Assembly: GCA_036677065.1 (NCBI GenBank) | Contig: JAKFBS010000004.1 | Coordinates: forward strand, 608,001 to 672,000 | Direction of reading: 5' to 3' | Source: Bdellovibrio sp. | Lineage (GTDB): Bacteria; Bdellovibrionota; Bdellovibrionia; Bdellovibrionales; Bdellovibrionaceae | Length of the DNA: 64,000 nt | Part shown: positions 48,601-58,500 of the stretch, one piece after another | Layout: every line of letters starts with the position of its first letter | Numbering within the stretch: position 1 is the first letter of the stretch | The notes under the pieces: model-generated | What the model saw: only the letters and a program-made list of their open reading frames with translations | Databases searched by the model: none | What the model was told of the DNA's origin: nothing | Position numbers and translations under genes: made by a program

Positions 48601-50367
48601 AATCGTGGCTCAGATAATATTCGTCAGCCGGCGATGGCAATTCGCGGTACAGGAAATGTCGGTATTGGTACTATAGCTCCTGTTGCGGGATTACATATTT
48701 CAACAACGGGAACTTCAACTCGCGCTCTTCGTATCGTAGCTACAACTTCAGCTACAGGGGGGTATGCCGAAGCCCAATTTGCATCTGATGCACGCGAATA
48801 TCGTATCGGTGTGGGCAATTCGACTGAAGTCGCCCACAATGTTGCCGGAAAATATTATCTTTACGATGGAGCCTCAAATACCATGCGTTTAGTTGTTGAT
48901 CAGAATGGCAATATCGGTGCTGGTACAGCTGCGCCGATCACACGCCTTGATATTTCGCGCCCGACGACGTCAGGTTCACAAATGTCATTACGTAATAATG
49001 GTAACGGTGGTTTTTTAACAGTGCCTTCATCAAGTGATGGAGTCATCTTAACTACAGCTAAATATGATGGTGGTATGTGGATCACCAGTTCACCACAAGC
49101 GAGTGCGTTCACAGTCGGCGAAGGTACGATTCAAATGTTTACTAATACTGGCTTAACGCCAGGAGCAAGTTTTTCCTATGCTGAGCGCGTACGTGTAGAC
49201 AATCAGGGAAATTTTTTGATTGGTACAACTAATTCCACACACGGGCGTTTAGCCGTGGAATCAAGTGGTACGGCGTATTTATCGTTAAACACAACGAATG
49301 GTACGCACAAACGTTCGGGAGTTTATTTTAGATCAGGTGGCGTACCACAAATGGAAATCGGTGTTGATGCCGGTGTAAATGGTGCACGTGATTTTTATAT
49401 TTACGATAGCGTGTCTGGTGCTTCACGTTTACATGTTAATGCGAACGGCTATGTGGGTATTGGTACCGGTGCACCTAAATTACCATTAGATGTGATGGGA
49501 ATTATCGGTACAACGTGGGGAACAGCGTTTAATACATCTTTCAATGGTTCTTGGAATCAGACTACAACTGGTTACGCTGGTCTTTTACAGTTTGAACCCT
49601 CAACCGGTAAATTTTATTTCTGGAATACGCCGGCTACTGCTGCAGCTGGCGCTGCGAATCCATTTCCCGTGCAATCAATGACGATCGATAAAGATGGTAA
49701 AGTGGGTATTGGAACTGCCAGTCCTGGAGCAAAATTTCACGTCAATGGTGACGCTCGAATTAACAGTATTATGGGCGGAGAAAACAATGGTTCTGGTAAT
49801 TTTCATTTAGATGCCTGGGGCAGTGGAGCAGATCGTTCAGTGTATTTAAACTGGGCTAGCGGAACTGGAGGAGCCAAAGTCGGTAACGGAAGTTCTACGT
49901 GGGGGCCGATTGCGGCTTCGGCGTTTAACGTGTCATCAGATAGACGTCTGAAAGATAATATTAAACCAATTGAAAATCCGTTAGAGAAAATTTTAAAAAT
50001 TGATGCTGTTACTTTCACTTGGAAAGAAGCCTCTCGTCATAAAATGGAAGGCGAACGTATTGGTTTAATTGCCCAGAATGTTGAAAAAATATTTCCGCAA
50101 GCTGTTAAATTAGATCATAGTGAAAATGCATTGCCGGGTGGTACAAGATTGGTGAATTATCCAGACTTAGTTTCGCCAATCATCGCTGCGATTAAAGAAT
50201 TTTATTCTTTATGGGTTAACGATTCAAAAGATTTACATCGTGAAATTGCTTCGGTTAAACAAGAAAATGAAACGCTTAAATTGCAAAATATTGAAAAAGA
50301 AAAACAGCTTAATGATATTCGCGCCTACCTGTGTGCCAAGGATCCGCAGGCTCCGATCTGCCAATAA
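45622..50367 (+). CDS. Fibre 3: mosaic fibre adhesin with S74 chaperone
   Basis: 1581 aa; N-domain, SDRRLKD (Ser codon at 49936), GLIAQNV; ends YLCAKDPQAPICQ. Confidence 0.9.
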   Translation: MKSTRWQDNFLNHFAFLFFVFTLLNTLNAFAGPTRTTYQAKIVKPDGYPLEAASVNFKFTILDPSGSCILFAETYNSVNMSSTGGLISFSLGAGVKTFPVSGTTFEQIFSNITPNMACDTGGAPAVYTPMANDARKIVMQFHDGGGWQTLPAMNINAVPYAMYANDSQKFNGMAPSEFVQVSTIPTCTASEALRYTGSAFQCVAAGGSGPVSSGSVITALGYTPADSATVSTVSTYASNVSSTVFSISSTVSSFQSSVAASFSAIVNSQWITSGTAIGYDAGRVGIGTLNPAYNLHVMQPVSGPTSVMIDAFSGTPGIYFRKANGTAAAPQAVSNATALLEIAAVGHGQTAYLASSAAKMIMAAEEDWTDATGAASIRFHTRGSSTTTASSERMRIDKNGNVGIGTVTPMTKLDVSGGVRISMEVAACAVSFAGTLRYNSGVVEYCNGSAWTQFGVSGAGITALNGLVSGSQTFALGNSGTLPNISSTGSVHTFNFPYAASAGVTSGLISNTDYATFNNKQSATSAAMIVTLGYTPANAVSVTTLSSTLATMQASVATITSSQWVTSGSAIYYNAGNVGIGTSSPASRLDLSANAVVDANTLTFSNLTQSTNVILRTKDYMNNLGWQIAAAGGSQELFHIRDGAGNPRLFINTANNTMGVGAASATARLHITSGTAAIPAFKFTSGTLVTTPQSGSMEFDGFNFYLTDTSGIRRAIATGASSSSIDNASIINSSGNITMVPQTGSVIVSSTTASINSATGALIVNGGVGIAGDANIAGTLTAGHAIMGLSTGMVGIGASTPTTKLDVRSEGAIKVARIQYSGSGFSTQPNLEMFRSRGTIDSPTAVLANDVLGSWSAIGHNGVSFGAGSTAGILIRATQNFSGTSAGSYMTFNTTASGTSTQVERMRIDNLGNMGLGTTAPDARLDVVGAIKITGFSSGTFMYVNDNASSGTPLNDGARFVYDGNAFGGNYDAIVFEKTDANNVVPDGGFLFANRGSDNIRQPAMAIRGTGNVGIGTIAPVAGLHISTTGTSTRALRIVATTSATGGYAEAQFASDAREYRIGVGNSTEVAHNVAGKYYLYDGASNTMRLVVDQNGNIGAGTAAPITRLDISRPTTSGSQMSLRNNGNGGFLTVPSSSDGVILTTAKYDGGMWITSSPQASAFTVGEGTIQMFTNTGLTPGASFSYAERVRVDNQGNFLIGTTNSTHGRLAVESSGTAYLSLNTTNGTHKRSGVYFRSGGVPQMEIGVDAGVNGARDFYIYDSVSGASRLHVNANGYVGIGTGAPKLPLDVMGIIGTTWGTAFNTSFNGSWNQTTTGYAGLLQFEPSTGKFYFWNTPATAAAGAANPFPVQSMTIDKDGKVGIGTASPGAKFHVNGDARINSIMGGENNGSGNFHLDAWGSGADRSVYLNWASGTGGAKVGNGSSTWGPIAASAFNVSSDRRLKDNIKPIENPLEKILKIDAVTFTWKEASRHKMEGERIGLIAQNVEKIFPQAVKLDHSENALPGGTRLVNYPDLVSPIIAAIKEFYSLWVNDSKDLHREIASVKQENETLKLQNIEKEKQLNDIRAYLCAKDPQAPICQ

Positions 50368-50389
50368 CCTGCGAAACTAGACCAGTTAA

Positions 50390-50428
50390 CGATTCGCTTT
50401 GAGACAAAACCTGTTTCAAATTGAGTCA
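50390..50428. promoter_or_regulatory. Two degenerate operator copies upstream of fibre 4
   Basis: CGATTCG-ctt-TGAGACA (50390-50406) and TGTTTCA-aat-TGAGTCA (50412-50428). Confidence 0.6.
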
Positions 50429-50445
50429 TTCCCTGTATCTAAAAT

Positions 50446-50472
50446 TAAAAACAAATTCAATTATTCCGATAA
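50446..50472 (+). promoter_or_regulatory. sigma28-type promoter, fibre 4
   Basis: TAAA-N15-TCCGATAA with canonical spacing, 7 nt before the GTG at 50480. Confidence 0.75.
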
Positions 50473-50479
50473 GTTAAGA

Positions 50480-53400
50480 GTGAATTTACCGCCGCGCAAG
50501 AATAAAACTCTTTCGATGTTTTTATTTTTCGTATTCATTTTTATGAATGCGATGTCTGCCTTTGCGGGACCAAGACACACTACCTATCAAGCAAAAATTA
50601 TTAAACCTGATGGGCTTCCCCTAGAAGCAGCAAGTGTTAATTTTAAATTTTCTATTCTTGATCCAGCTGGTGCTTGTGTTATTTATGCTGAAACTTTTTC
50701 TTCGGTGAATATGTCAGGGGCGGGCGGGCTGATTTCTTTCTCGCTAGGTTCAGGAGTTAAAACCTATCCTGTATCTGCCACAACTTTTGAGCAGGCATTT
50801 TCAAATATTACTCCAAGTTTATCTTGTGATGCTGGCGGGCCGGTAAGTTATTCTCCGCTTGCTGATGACGTTAGAAAAATAGTGATGCAGTTTCATGATG
50901 GTGGCGGTTGGCAAACATTACCTGCGATGAATATCAACGCCGTACCTTACGCAATGTATGCAAACGATGCGCAAAAATTAGGTGGCGTCAGTGCCACAGC
51001 TTTTGTGCAAGATACAGATTTAGCAACCTGTGCTGGCGGCCAGGCTTTATTTTATAACGGCACAAGTTTTTCGTGCGTGGCTGTTGGCGGCGGGGGAGTC
51101 ACTTCTTCGACGATCGCGGCAGCCCTGGGTTACACCCCGGCAGATGATGCAGCGATGACTTCAAATGTTTCTAGTGTATCGACAACTGTATTTTCGGTTT
51201 CATCAACAGTGGCCAGTTTATCAAGTTCAGTTTCAACATTATCTAGCACGGTGGCCGCATCTTTTGCGGCGATTACGAATTCGCAATGGGTAACCAGTGG
51301 CACAACCATTAGTTATAACGGTGGCTATGTTGGTATTGGCACAAGTGATCCGAAAGGAGTGCTAGATGTAAGTTCATCGGGCACTACGAATTTGGGAGCT
51401 GTTACAGCTCTGCCATTACAGCTTCGCGGAAGTGGTAGTGATACTACGGCGACAGGTATAGCGATATACAATCCAAGTAATCCGACAGGTTCTTTTTTTG
51501 GTATTACTTTTACAGGCGCTTCTTTTACCGGAACGCGATTAGGCATACCAAATCTTAGTAATGGTGTATTATTGTATGGTAATTCTGCGGCAACACAGCC
51601 TGTATCTTTCGTAGCCATCGGAACTTCAACTGCGGCTCCTATTTATCTATCAACGAACAACGTTATCCGCCAAACGATCGCACCTTCTGGCAACGTCGGT
51701 ATCGGTACAACAACTCCGGTCACAAAATTAGATGTTAGCGGTGGTGTGCGTATCGGCATGGAGTCAGGTTCTTGTGCTGCAGATTTAGCAGGAACACTAA
51801 GATACACTTCGGGCAATGTTGAATATTGTAACGGCACAACATGGCAAGCGTTCGGTACAGGCGGCGCGGTGACCAGTTCATCAATTGCAGCAGCGCTGAG
51901 TTACACTCCGGCGAATACGACAACAGTAGAAACATCATTCACGACATTAACAAATTTATTTAATACCACCGGCACTTCAGTTACTACGCTTACGAGCACA
52001 GTTAATAATTTATCTTCATCATATACTATTTTAGCTTCAGCAGTTTCTGGAATTACAAATTCACAGTGGGTCACAAGCGGAACAGCAATTAGTTACTCAT
52101 CTGGAAATGTCGGCATCGGAACAAGTGCTCCAACAAAATTATTTCAGGTTAATTGGTCGCCGTCAGCTGGTTGGGAAATGCAGCATGAATTCGATGTAGC
52201 TAGCAATGGGCCAGCACTTAATTCGGCTTACGATCTTGGCCCATCAGGTGAAGGCCGTTTTAATTTTGTAAAAGCCCGCGGCACACTGGCTAATCCAACT
52301 GGCGTTTTAAATAATGATTTTTTAGGAACTATTTCTTTTCGCGGCGCCAATGCCTCGGGCACACTTGTGCATGCAGCCATCATTCGCGCGATCGCAGCCC
52401 AGGATTTTGTAAATACATCCGCTGGGTCACATTTAGTTTTTCAAACATCAAGTTCAGGATCAGCAACGCCGTCAGAAAAAGTCAGAATCGATTCACAAGG
52501 TAATGTCGGCATAGGTACTACGACTCCAACTATCAATTCAACAAGTGCCACAACATTACATATTCACAACTCTTTAGGTAAAGCAGCAGGTATTCGGTTC
52601 ACAAATAGCGGAACCGGAACCACCGCAACCGATGGGGTTATTATCGGTAAGTGGAACGATGATTCAACTTATGGGAATGGCCCAATTTTTTGGAACTACG
52701 AATCTAGTCCGATAACATTTGCAACATCTTCAACCGAGCGAATGGTTATTTCGGCTGTTGGCGATGTCGGAATTGGTGTAACATCGCCAACAGCAGCATT
52801 GCACATCAAAGCAGGAACTTCTGCAACAGCTGCATTAAAATTAACTTCAGGTACTTTGTTAACTTCACCGCAATCAGGCACCATCGAATACGATGGTTTT
52901 AATTTCTATACCACAAATGGCGCTGGTGTTCGCAGTGCGATTGGTTCTTCTGAGGTATCTTCAACAATGAGTTTAATGGATTCAGGCGCGACATTTGGTT
53001 CAGGGCATAAAACTGTTATGGGTGGATATGATCCAAACGGTTTAGTCTGGCACATTGGTGTTAGCGGAACACAAGCTTTGGATATTAATTCTCGTTATCC
53101 AGGTGGGCCAATCACGATGACTATTGGTGGCTCTGAAATGATGCGCGTGATGGGAAGTACTGGTTTTGTCGGCATCGGCACACAAACCCCAACCCAAAAA
53201 TTAGACGTGCATGGTTACATGCGCTCGGCTGCAGGTTCTGGTGGAACACCAACTGATGGCGGACGCTTATATTTTGCCACGAATTCTTCAGGACCAAATT
53301 ATGATTTATCTTATGTCGGTGGTTACACTGATCAAGCCGGCAATGACGGATCTGGTGCTGGTTCGCGTGGCGGACTTGTTTTTGCGACGAAATCTACAAC

Positions 53401-55465
53401 CGGGGCTTCAGCTGCGACTGAAAAAATGCGTATCGATTTAAACGGTAATCTTGGGTTAGGAATCAATGCTCCGCTTGTTCCACTACATGTGCAAAAAGAT
53501 GCACCCGGTGGTTTAGTTGCCTATTTTCAAGGTGTAGGCTCGGGCGGAACCATTGTCGGTACAAATCAAAGCAATCCAGCTTCCGGTGGTTTAGTGCAGG
53601 GTATTGATGCTGCTGGTTCAGTCGGTACGTTAGCTTTAAATCCAATGGGCGGATTGGTGGGTTTAGGTACGTCATCGCCTCAAGGTAAGTTCAACGTTGA
53701 TTTGATAACTAACATAAACACCAGTGAAGTTATCCAGGCATATACATTTTCTTCTTCTCCAATGTGGGGTTTGCGTTTATCGCAGCGAAATAACAACAAC
53801 GTGATTTCATATGACTGGAAAACCAGAAATGCCTCGTCGACTGATATTTTAGCTATGACTATGGCCGCTTCTGGTCTAATTGGTGTCGGAACAAATGCTC
53901 CTCAAAAAGGTTTGCATGTGGTCTCTGGTTCAATGATTGGAACAACCGATGGTTTTCCGACAGAGTATGCATCAGTGCATAACGAATTTAATTCTGGCGT
54001 CTTAAAAAAATGGACAGAAACTTCTGGCAACCATGTTAATGCCGGCACCTATTCATTGGTATCTCCTGTATCTAATAGTGCGAAGGCCAGTCATAGTTTA
54101 GTAAATATTTTATTCATGGATGTGGCCTCGGGCGTGACAGTGACCGGTTCAAATCATAGTTTTTATAATTTTTCTTCACGTAATAGATATGCAGCTAATA
54201 CCGATAATGGTCATGTGAATCTGATGGTGGCTATTCGTAACGAATACGGCCACGAAAACAGTGTTCCTGCAAATTCTCCAACAACCAGCCAAGTATACGG
54301 GGCTCTATTTGTTCCGAATGCATTCACCGGCACGATTTCTAATTTGTATGATCTTTATATCAGTCCACCGACTGGCACTGGTACGATCGGAAAGCACTAT
54401 TCTATTTATCAAGCGGCTACGAGCGCTACAAATTACTTCGGCTCACGTGTTGGGTTAGGTACGGCAACTCCAGATGGTTCGTTGCATGTGGTGACTTCGT
54501 CATTACAATCTAATTCTCCAGCGTCAGGAATTTTCTTCGGAAAAAGTTTAGCTGATGATTACCAAATGCAATTAACGCAAAATGGCGGCACTCCTCATAT
54601 TGATTTCTCTCGTCTTTCGGGTCGCGACTATGATGCGCGAATTTCAACTCCGGCAAACAGCACTTTATCACTAGGAACCGCTTCGCAAAGCATGTTATTA
54701 AATTTATTTAATAGTTATGTCGGTATCGGAACGTTGACTCCGACCCGAGCATTGCAAGTAGGAACAACTTCTGGTTGGCAAGATGGTTCAGGAATTTTAG
54801 TTAAAGGTTCAAATCCTGGAGTTGAATTGGCCGATACGCAAACTGTTCCACAACGTTGGTTAGTGGCCAATGGTGTGACTGTACCCAATGATGGTAATCT
54901 TGGATTAGCGTTTAACGTAAACACCAGCACGCATAATATCGTGGTCACCTCAGGTGGCTTGGTAGGGATCGGCACGTTAACTCCCGATGATAAATTTATG
55001 GTGTATAACGGAGTATCAATTGGCCGTTATACAACGACCGGGTGGACACACGTTTCAGATGCAAGATACAAACATGACATTAAAGATTTAGACAGTTCGT
55101 TAAATAAAATTCTGCAACTTCGCGGTGTAGAATATAAATTTAATAATGATCCAGAAAATAAAAATCAATTAGGCTTTATCGCGCAAGAAGTTGAACCTAT
55201 TTTTCCTGAAGTTGTTGTGACAGACAAAAAAGGATTTAAATCAATGGTGTATGCCAACTTAGTGGCGCCTTTGGTCGAGTCGGTAAAATCGCTGTATGTC
55301 CAATTAAAAGAAAATATTCTCGAAACGAGACAGAATTCTCGTAAGATCGCGTCGCTTCAACAAGAAAATGAAAAACTTAAAAACGAAAATCTGCAAAAAG
55401 CCAAAGAACTTGACGACGTCAAATCGCGCTTAGAACGTCTAGAGAAATTGTTAAATTCGAATTAA
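50480..55465 (+). CDS. Fibre 4: mosaic fibre adhesin with S74 chaperone (start re-assigned from 50399 to the GTG at 50480)
   Basis: The in-frame GTG matches the promoter spacing and signal-peptide layout of the paralogues. SDARYK (Ser codon at 55055) and GFIAQEV are present. Confidence 0.88.
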   Translation: MNLPPRKNKTLSMFLFFVFIFMNAMSAFAGPRHTTYQAKIIKPDGLPLEAASVNFKFSILDPAGACVIYAETFSSVNMSGAGGLISFSLGSGVKTYPVSATTFEQAFSNITPSLSCDAGGPVSYSPLADDVRKIVMQFHDGGGWQTLPAMNINAVPYAMYANDAQKLGGVSATAFVQDTDLATCAGGQALFYNGTSFSCVAVGGGGVTSSTIAAALGYTPADDAAMTSNVSSVSTTVFSVSSTVASLSSSVSTLSSTVAASFAAITNSQWVTSGTTISYNGGYVGIGTSDPKGVLDVSSSGTTNLGAVTALPLQLRGSGSDTTATGIAIYNPSNPTGSFFGITFTGASFTGTRLGIPNLSNGVLLYGNSAATQPVSFVAIGTSTAAPIYLSTNNVIRQTIAPSGNVGIGTTTPVTKLDVSGGVRIGMESGSCAADLAGTLRYTSGNVEYCNGTTWQAFGTGGAVTSSSIAAALSYTPANTTTVETSFTTLTNLFNTTGTSVTTLTSTVNNLSSSYTILASAVSGITNSQWVTSGTAISYSSGNVGIGTSAPTKLFQVNWSPSAGWEMQHEFDVASNGPALNSAYDLGPSGEGRFNFVKARGTLANPTGVLNNDFLGTISFRGANASGTLVHAAIIRAIAAQDFVNTSAGSHLVFQTSSSGSATPSEKVRIDSQGNVGIGTTTPTINSTSATTLHIHNSLGKAAGIRFTNSGTGTTATDGVIIGKWNDDSTYGNGPIFWNYESSPITFATSSTERMVISAVGDVGIGVTSPTAALHIKAGTSATAALKLTSGTLLTSPQSGTIEYDGFNFYTTNGAGVRSAIGSSEVSSTMSLMDSGATFGSGHKTVMGGYDPNGLVWHIGVSGTQALDINSRYPGGPITMTIGGSEMMRVMGSTGFVGIGTQTPTQKLDVHGYMRSAAGSGGTPTDGGRLYFATNSSGPNYDLSYVGGYTDQAGNDGSGAGSRGGLVFATKSTTGASAATEKMRIDLNGNLGLGINAPLVPLHVQKDAPGGLVAYFQGVGSGGTIVGTNQSNPASGGLVQGIDAAGSVGTLALNPMGGLVGLGTSSPQGKFNVDLITNINTSEVIQAYTFSSSPMWGLRLSQRNNNNVISYDWKTRNASSTDILAMTMAASGLIGVGTNAPQKGLHVVSGSMIGTTDGFPTEYASVHNEFNSGVLKKWTETSGNHVNAGTYSLVSPVSNSAKASHSLVNILFMDVASGVTVTGSNHSFYNFSSRNRYAANTDNGHVNLMVAIRNEYGHENSVPANSPTTSQVYGALFVPNAFTGTISNLYDLYISPPTGTGTIGKHYSIYQAATSATNYFGSRVGLGTATPDGSLHVVTSSLQSNSPASGIFFGKSLADDYQMQLTQNGGTPHIDFSRLSGRDYDARISTPANSTLSLGTASQSMLLNLFNSYVGIGTLTPTRALQVGTTSGWQDGSGILVKGSNPGVELADTQTVPQRWLVANGVTVPNDGNLGLAFNVNTSTHNIVVTSGGLVGIGTLTPDDKFMVYNGVSIGRYTTTGWTHVSDARYKHDIKDLDSSLNKILQLRGVEYKFNNDPENKNQLGFIAQEVEPIFPEVVVTDKKGFKSMVYANLVAPLVESVKSLYVQLKENILETRQNSRKIASLQQENEKLKNENLQKAKELDDVKSRLERLEKLLNSN

Positions 55466-55493
55466 AAATCATATTATATTTGCTCTAATAACT

Positions 55494-55520
55494 TAATCAA
55501 AGTGCTATAAATTCCGATAG
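55494..55520 (+). promoter_or_regulatory. sigma28-type promoter, fibre 5
   Basis: TAAT-N15-TCCGATAG, 7 nt before the GTG. Confidence 0.65.
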
Positions 55521-55527
55521 GTTAGCT

Positions 55528-58500
55528 GTGAATACGGCTCGTAAGCAGATGCGTTTTTTATTGTTAGTTGCGGTCGCGACAATGTTGTTGCCGGCAATTA
55601 ACACATTTGCAGGCCCAGGGCAGACAACCTATCAAGCAAAAATTATTAAGCCCGATGGTTATCCACTTGAATCTTCAAGTGTGAATTTTAAATTTACAAT
55701 TTTAAATCCGGCGGGTGATTGTATTTTATTCGCTGAGACTTATTCTTCGGTGAACATGAATTCAACGGGTGGATTAATTTCTTTCTCGTTAGGATCAGGT
55801 GTAAAAACTTATCCTGTATCAAGCCCTACCTTTGAAGATGTGTTTTCAAATATTACACCCAGTCTTTCTTGTGATGCCGGCGGCCCAGTAAGTTATTCGC
55901 CATTAGCCACTGATATCAGAAAAATCGTGATGCAGTTTCATGATGGTAACGGCTGGCAAACATTGCCGGCCATGAATATCAACGCTGTCCCTTACGCGAT
56001 GTATGCCAATGATGCACTGAAATTAAATGGCAAAACCGATACTGATTTTGTGCAGGTATCTGTTGTGCCAACCTGTACGGCCAGTGAAGCCATTCGTTAC
56101 AACGGCACAAGTTTTTCTTGTGTGGACATTGGCGGCAGCGGAGCAGTCTCTTCGGGTTCAGTGATTACGGCCTTAGGTTACACTCCTGCTGATGGAGCAA
56201 GTTTAACCACAATCACATCAAATATTTCAAATGTTTCATCAACGGTATTTTCGGTTTCGTCGACGGTGTCTTCATTAACAAATTCTGTGGCAGCCAGTTT
56301 TGCGGCGATCACTTCATCGCAGTGGCTAACATCAGGCACAACGATTAGTTATGAATCTGGAAATGTGGGTATCGGTACATCATCAAATGCTACAAAACTA
56401 GTTGTATCAGGTGGTGTGCGCATCAGTATGGAGCCCGCATCGTGTGATGCTACACTTGCCGGTACGTTACGTTATAATTCAGGGCTTGTAGAATATTGTA
56501 ATGGAGCTCTGTGGTCTGCGTTCGGGGTGGCCGGTGCAGGAATCACGTCAGTGAATGGCTCAACTTCAGGATCACAAACTTTTGCTACCGGAATTACCGG
56601 AACTGTTTTTAATATAACTTCTAATAATGGTGTACACACTTTTAATATTCCGTTAGCGGCTTCTGGTTCTGTGACTGCGGGATTATTATCAAATGCAGAT
56701 TATGCAACTTTCACGAATAAAGTCAGTGCAACAAGTGCTGCGGTAGTTTCAGCTTTAGGTTACACCCCTGCAAGTGCAACAACAGTTTCAGCTTTAACTT
56801 CTAATTTGGCAGCGGTTTCTGCCTCAGTTGCGGCGATCACTTCGTCACAATGGGTAACAAGTAGCACCTCAATTAATTACGTTGCAGGTAATGTCGGTAT
56901 AGGAACTGCAAACCCAACAGGATCTTTACATCTTGCTCTGAATAACTCGGGAACTGCAATGTCTACAATATCTGATGCATTTATTCTGCAAAATAAAAAT
57001 GCTGCAGCAAATGCTTTAACTTCAATAATGTTTGCCAATCAAGATGGCTTTGGTACGGGGCAAATCACAGCTTTACAAAACACAGGTAATTTCGGTTCGA
57101 AGATGATTTTCGGAACAAAATCTGGTGGCGGTGGAGCATGGAATACTTCGCAAATGGTCTTAGATACAAATGGCTATGTTGGTATTGGTACCGCGACCCC
57201 ACAGACACAGCTTGATGTTTCAGGAAGTGTAGTCATTGGAAATCTTGCGGCCAATAATGCCTCTCTTACAATTTATACACCAGATAGTGGATCAGCTTCG
57301 CATGGGGTTATACTTATCGATAAAGATGCCGGCTACGGATCATGGCAAAATCCATCGGGCCTTGATGGAATTGATGCCGATAGTTCGGGAACAGTCATCG
57401 GGTGGGGTCCACTTTATTTCAATTATTATTCAACGGATAATATTGATTTTAATAATGGGGGCGGAAACTCTTCATTTAATGGCCGCGTGGCTATTGGAAT
57501 GGGAAGCGCGCCAACAGCTAAATTGCATATCGCTGCTGGAACTTCTTCAACAGCAGCTTTAAAATTCGTATCTGGAACTTTATTAACTACGCCGCAAACG
57601 GGAGCTGTAGAGTTTAATGGGTTTAATCTGTATATCACCGATGGCACCGGCACTCGTAGAGCTATTGCTACGAGCTCTAGTTCTGGAACAATGGATAATG
57701 TTAGCAATATCAATGCATCGACTAATATGACGTTAACACCGGTAGGATCCGTGGTTGTGTCTTCGACCACGATATCAACATCAGCAAATACCGGGGCCCT
57801 GGTTGTCAAAGGTGGTCTTGGTGTGGCCGGAACAATCAACACCGCAGGAAGTTTAAATGTGTCGGGAACAGCTGCGATTGCTGGAACACTGAATTTATCA
57901 TCTATGACCAGCGGAAGTGTGCTTTTTGCCGGAGCAAATGGAACAGTTACTCAAAATAATTCTAGTTTATATTGGGATGGAGCAAACAGACGTTTGGGAA
58001 TTGGCACCAATGCACCGCAAATGAAACTTCATGTTGCTTCAGGCCCAGTATTAATTGGCGCAAACATCGGCGGCTATTCGACCGAGGGGTTGATCGTAAA
58101 TACCAGCTCGCAAAGAAGTGATATTAGTCTTATGCATTCAACAACTGGTGTTACTCAGACATCAGACGGTTTTAATATGGCTCTGGTTTTTAATAATGTT
58201 GATTTTGATCTTCGTGAAAATGGTTACATGCGTTTTTTAACAAACAGTGCCGAACAAGTTCGTATTACTTCAACAGGTAACGTCGGCATAGGTACAACTA
58301 CTCCTACGCATAAGCTAGATGTTATGGGCTATCTAAAAACATCGAACTACGGATCATCTGCCGGCTCTGCAGCTGGTTTGTATTTATATAGATCTCAGGG
58401 TGGCTCGGCAGGAGCTGAAGTTGCTCCTGCAGGTGGGGTCGGAGTTGGATTTCTTTCTTTTGCTGGCTATCGAGGTGACGCGACACTGGGAACAGGAGCC

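Noticed and set aside
50399..50479. N-terminal 27 codons of fibre 4 in the ORF track
   Set aside because: This stretch contains the operator and sigma28 promoter. The paralogues indicate the GTG at 50480 as the start.
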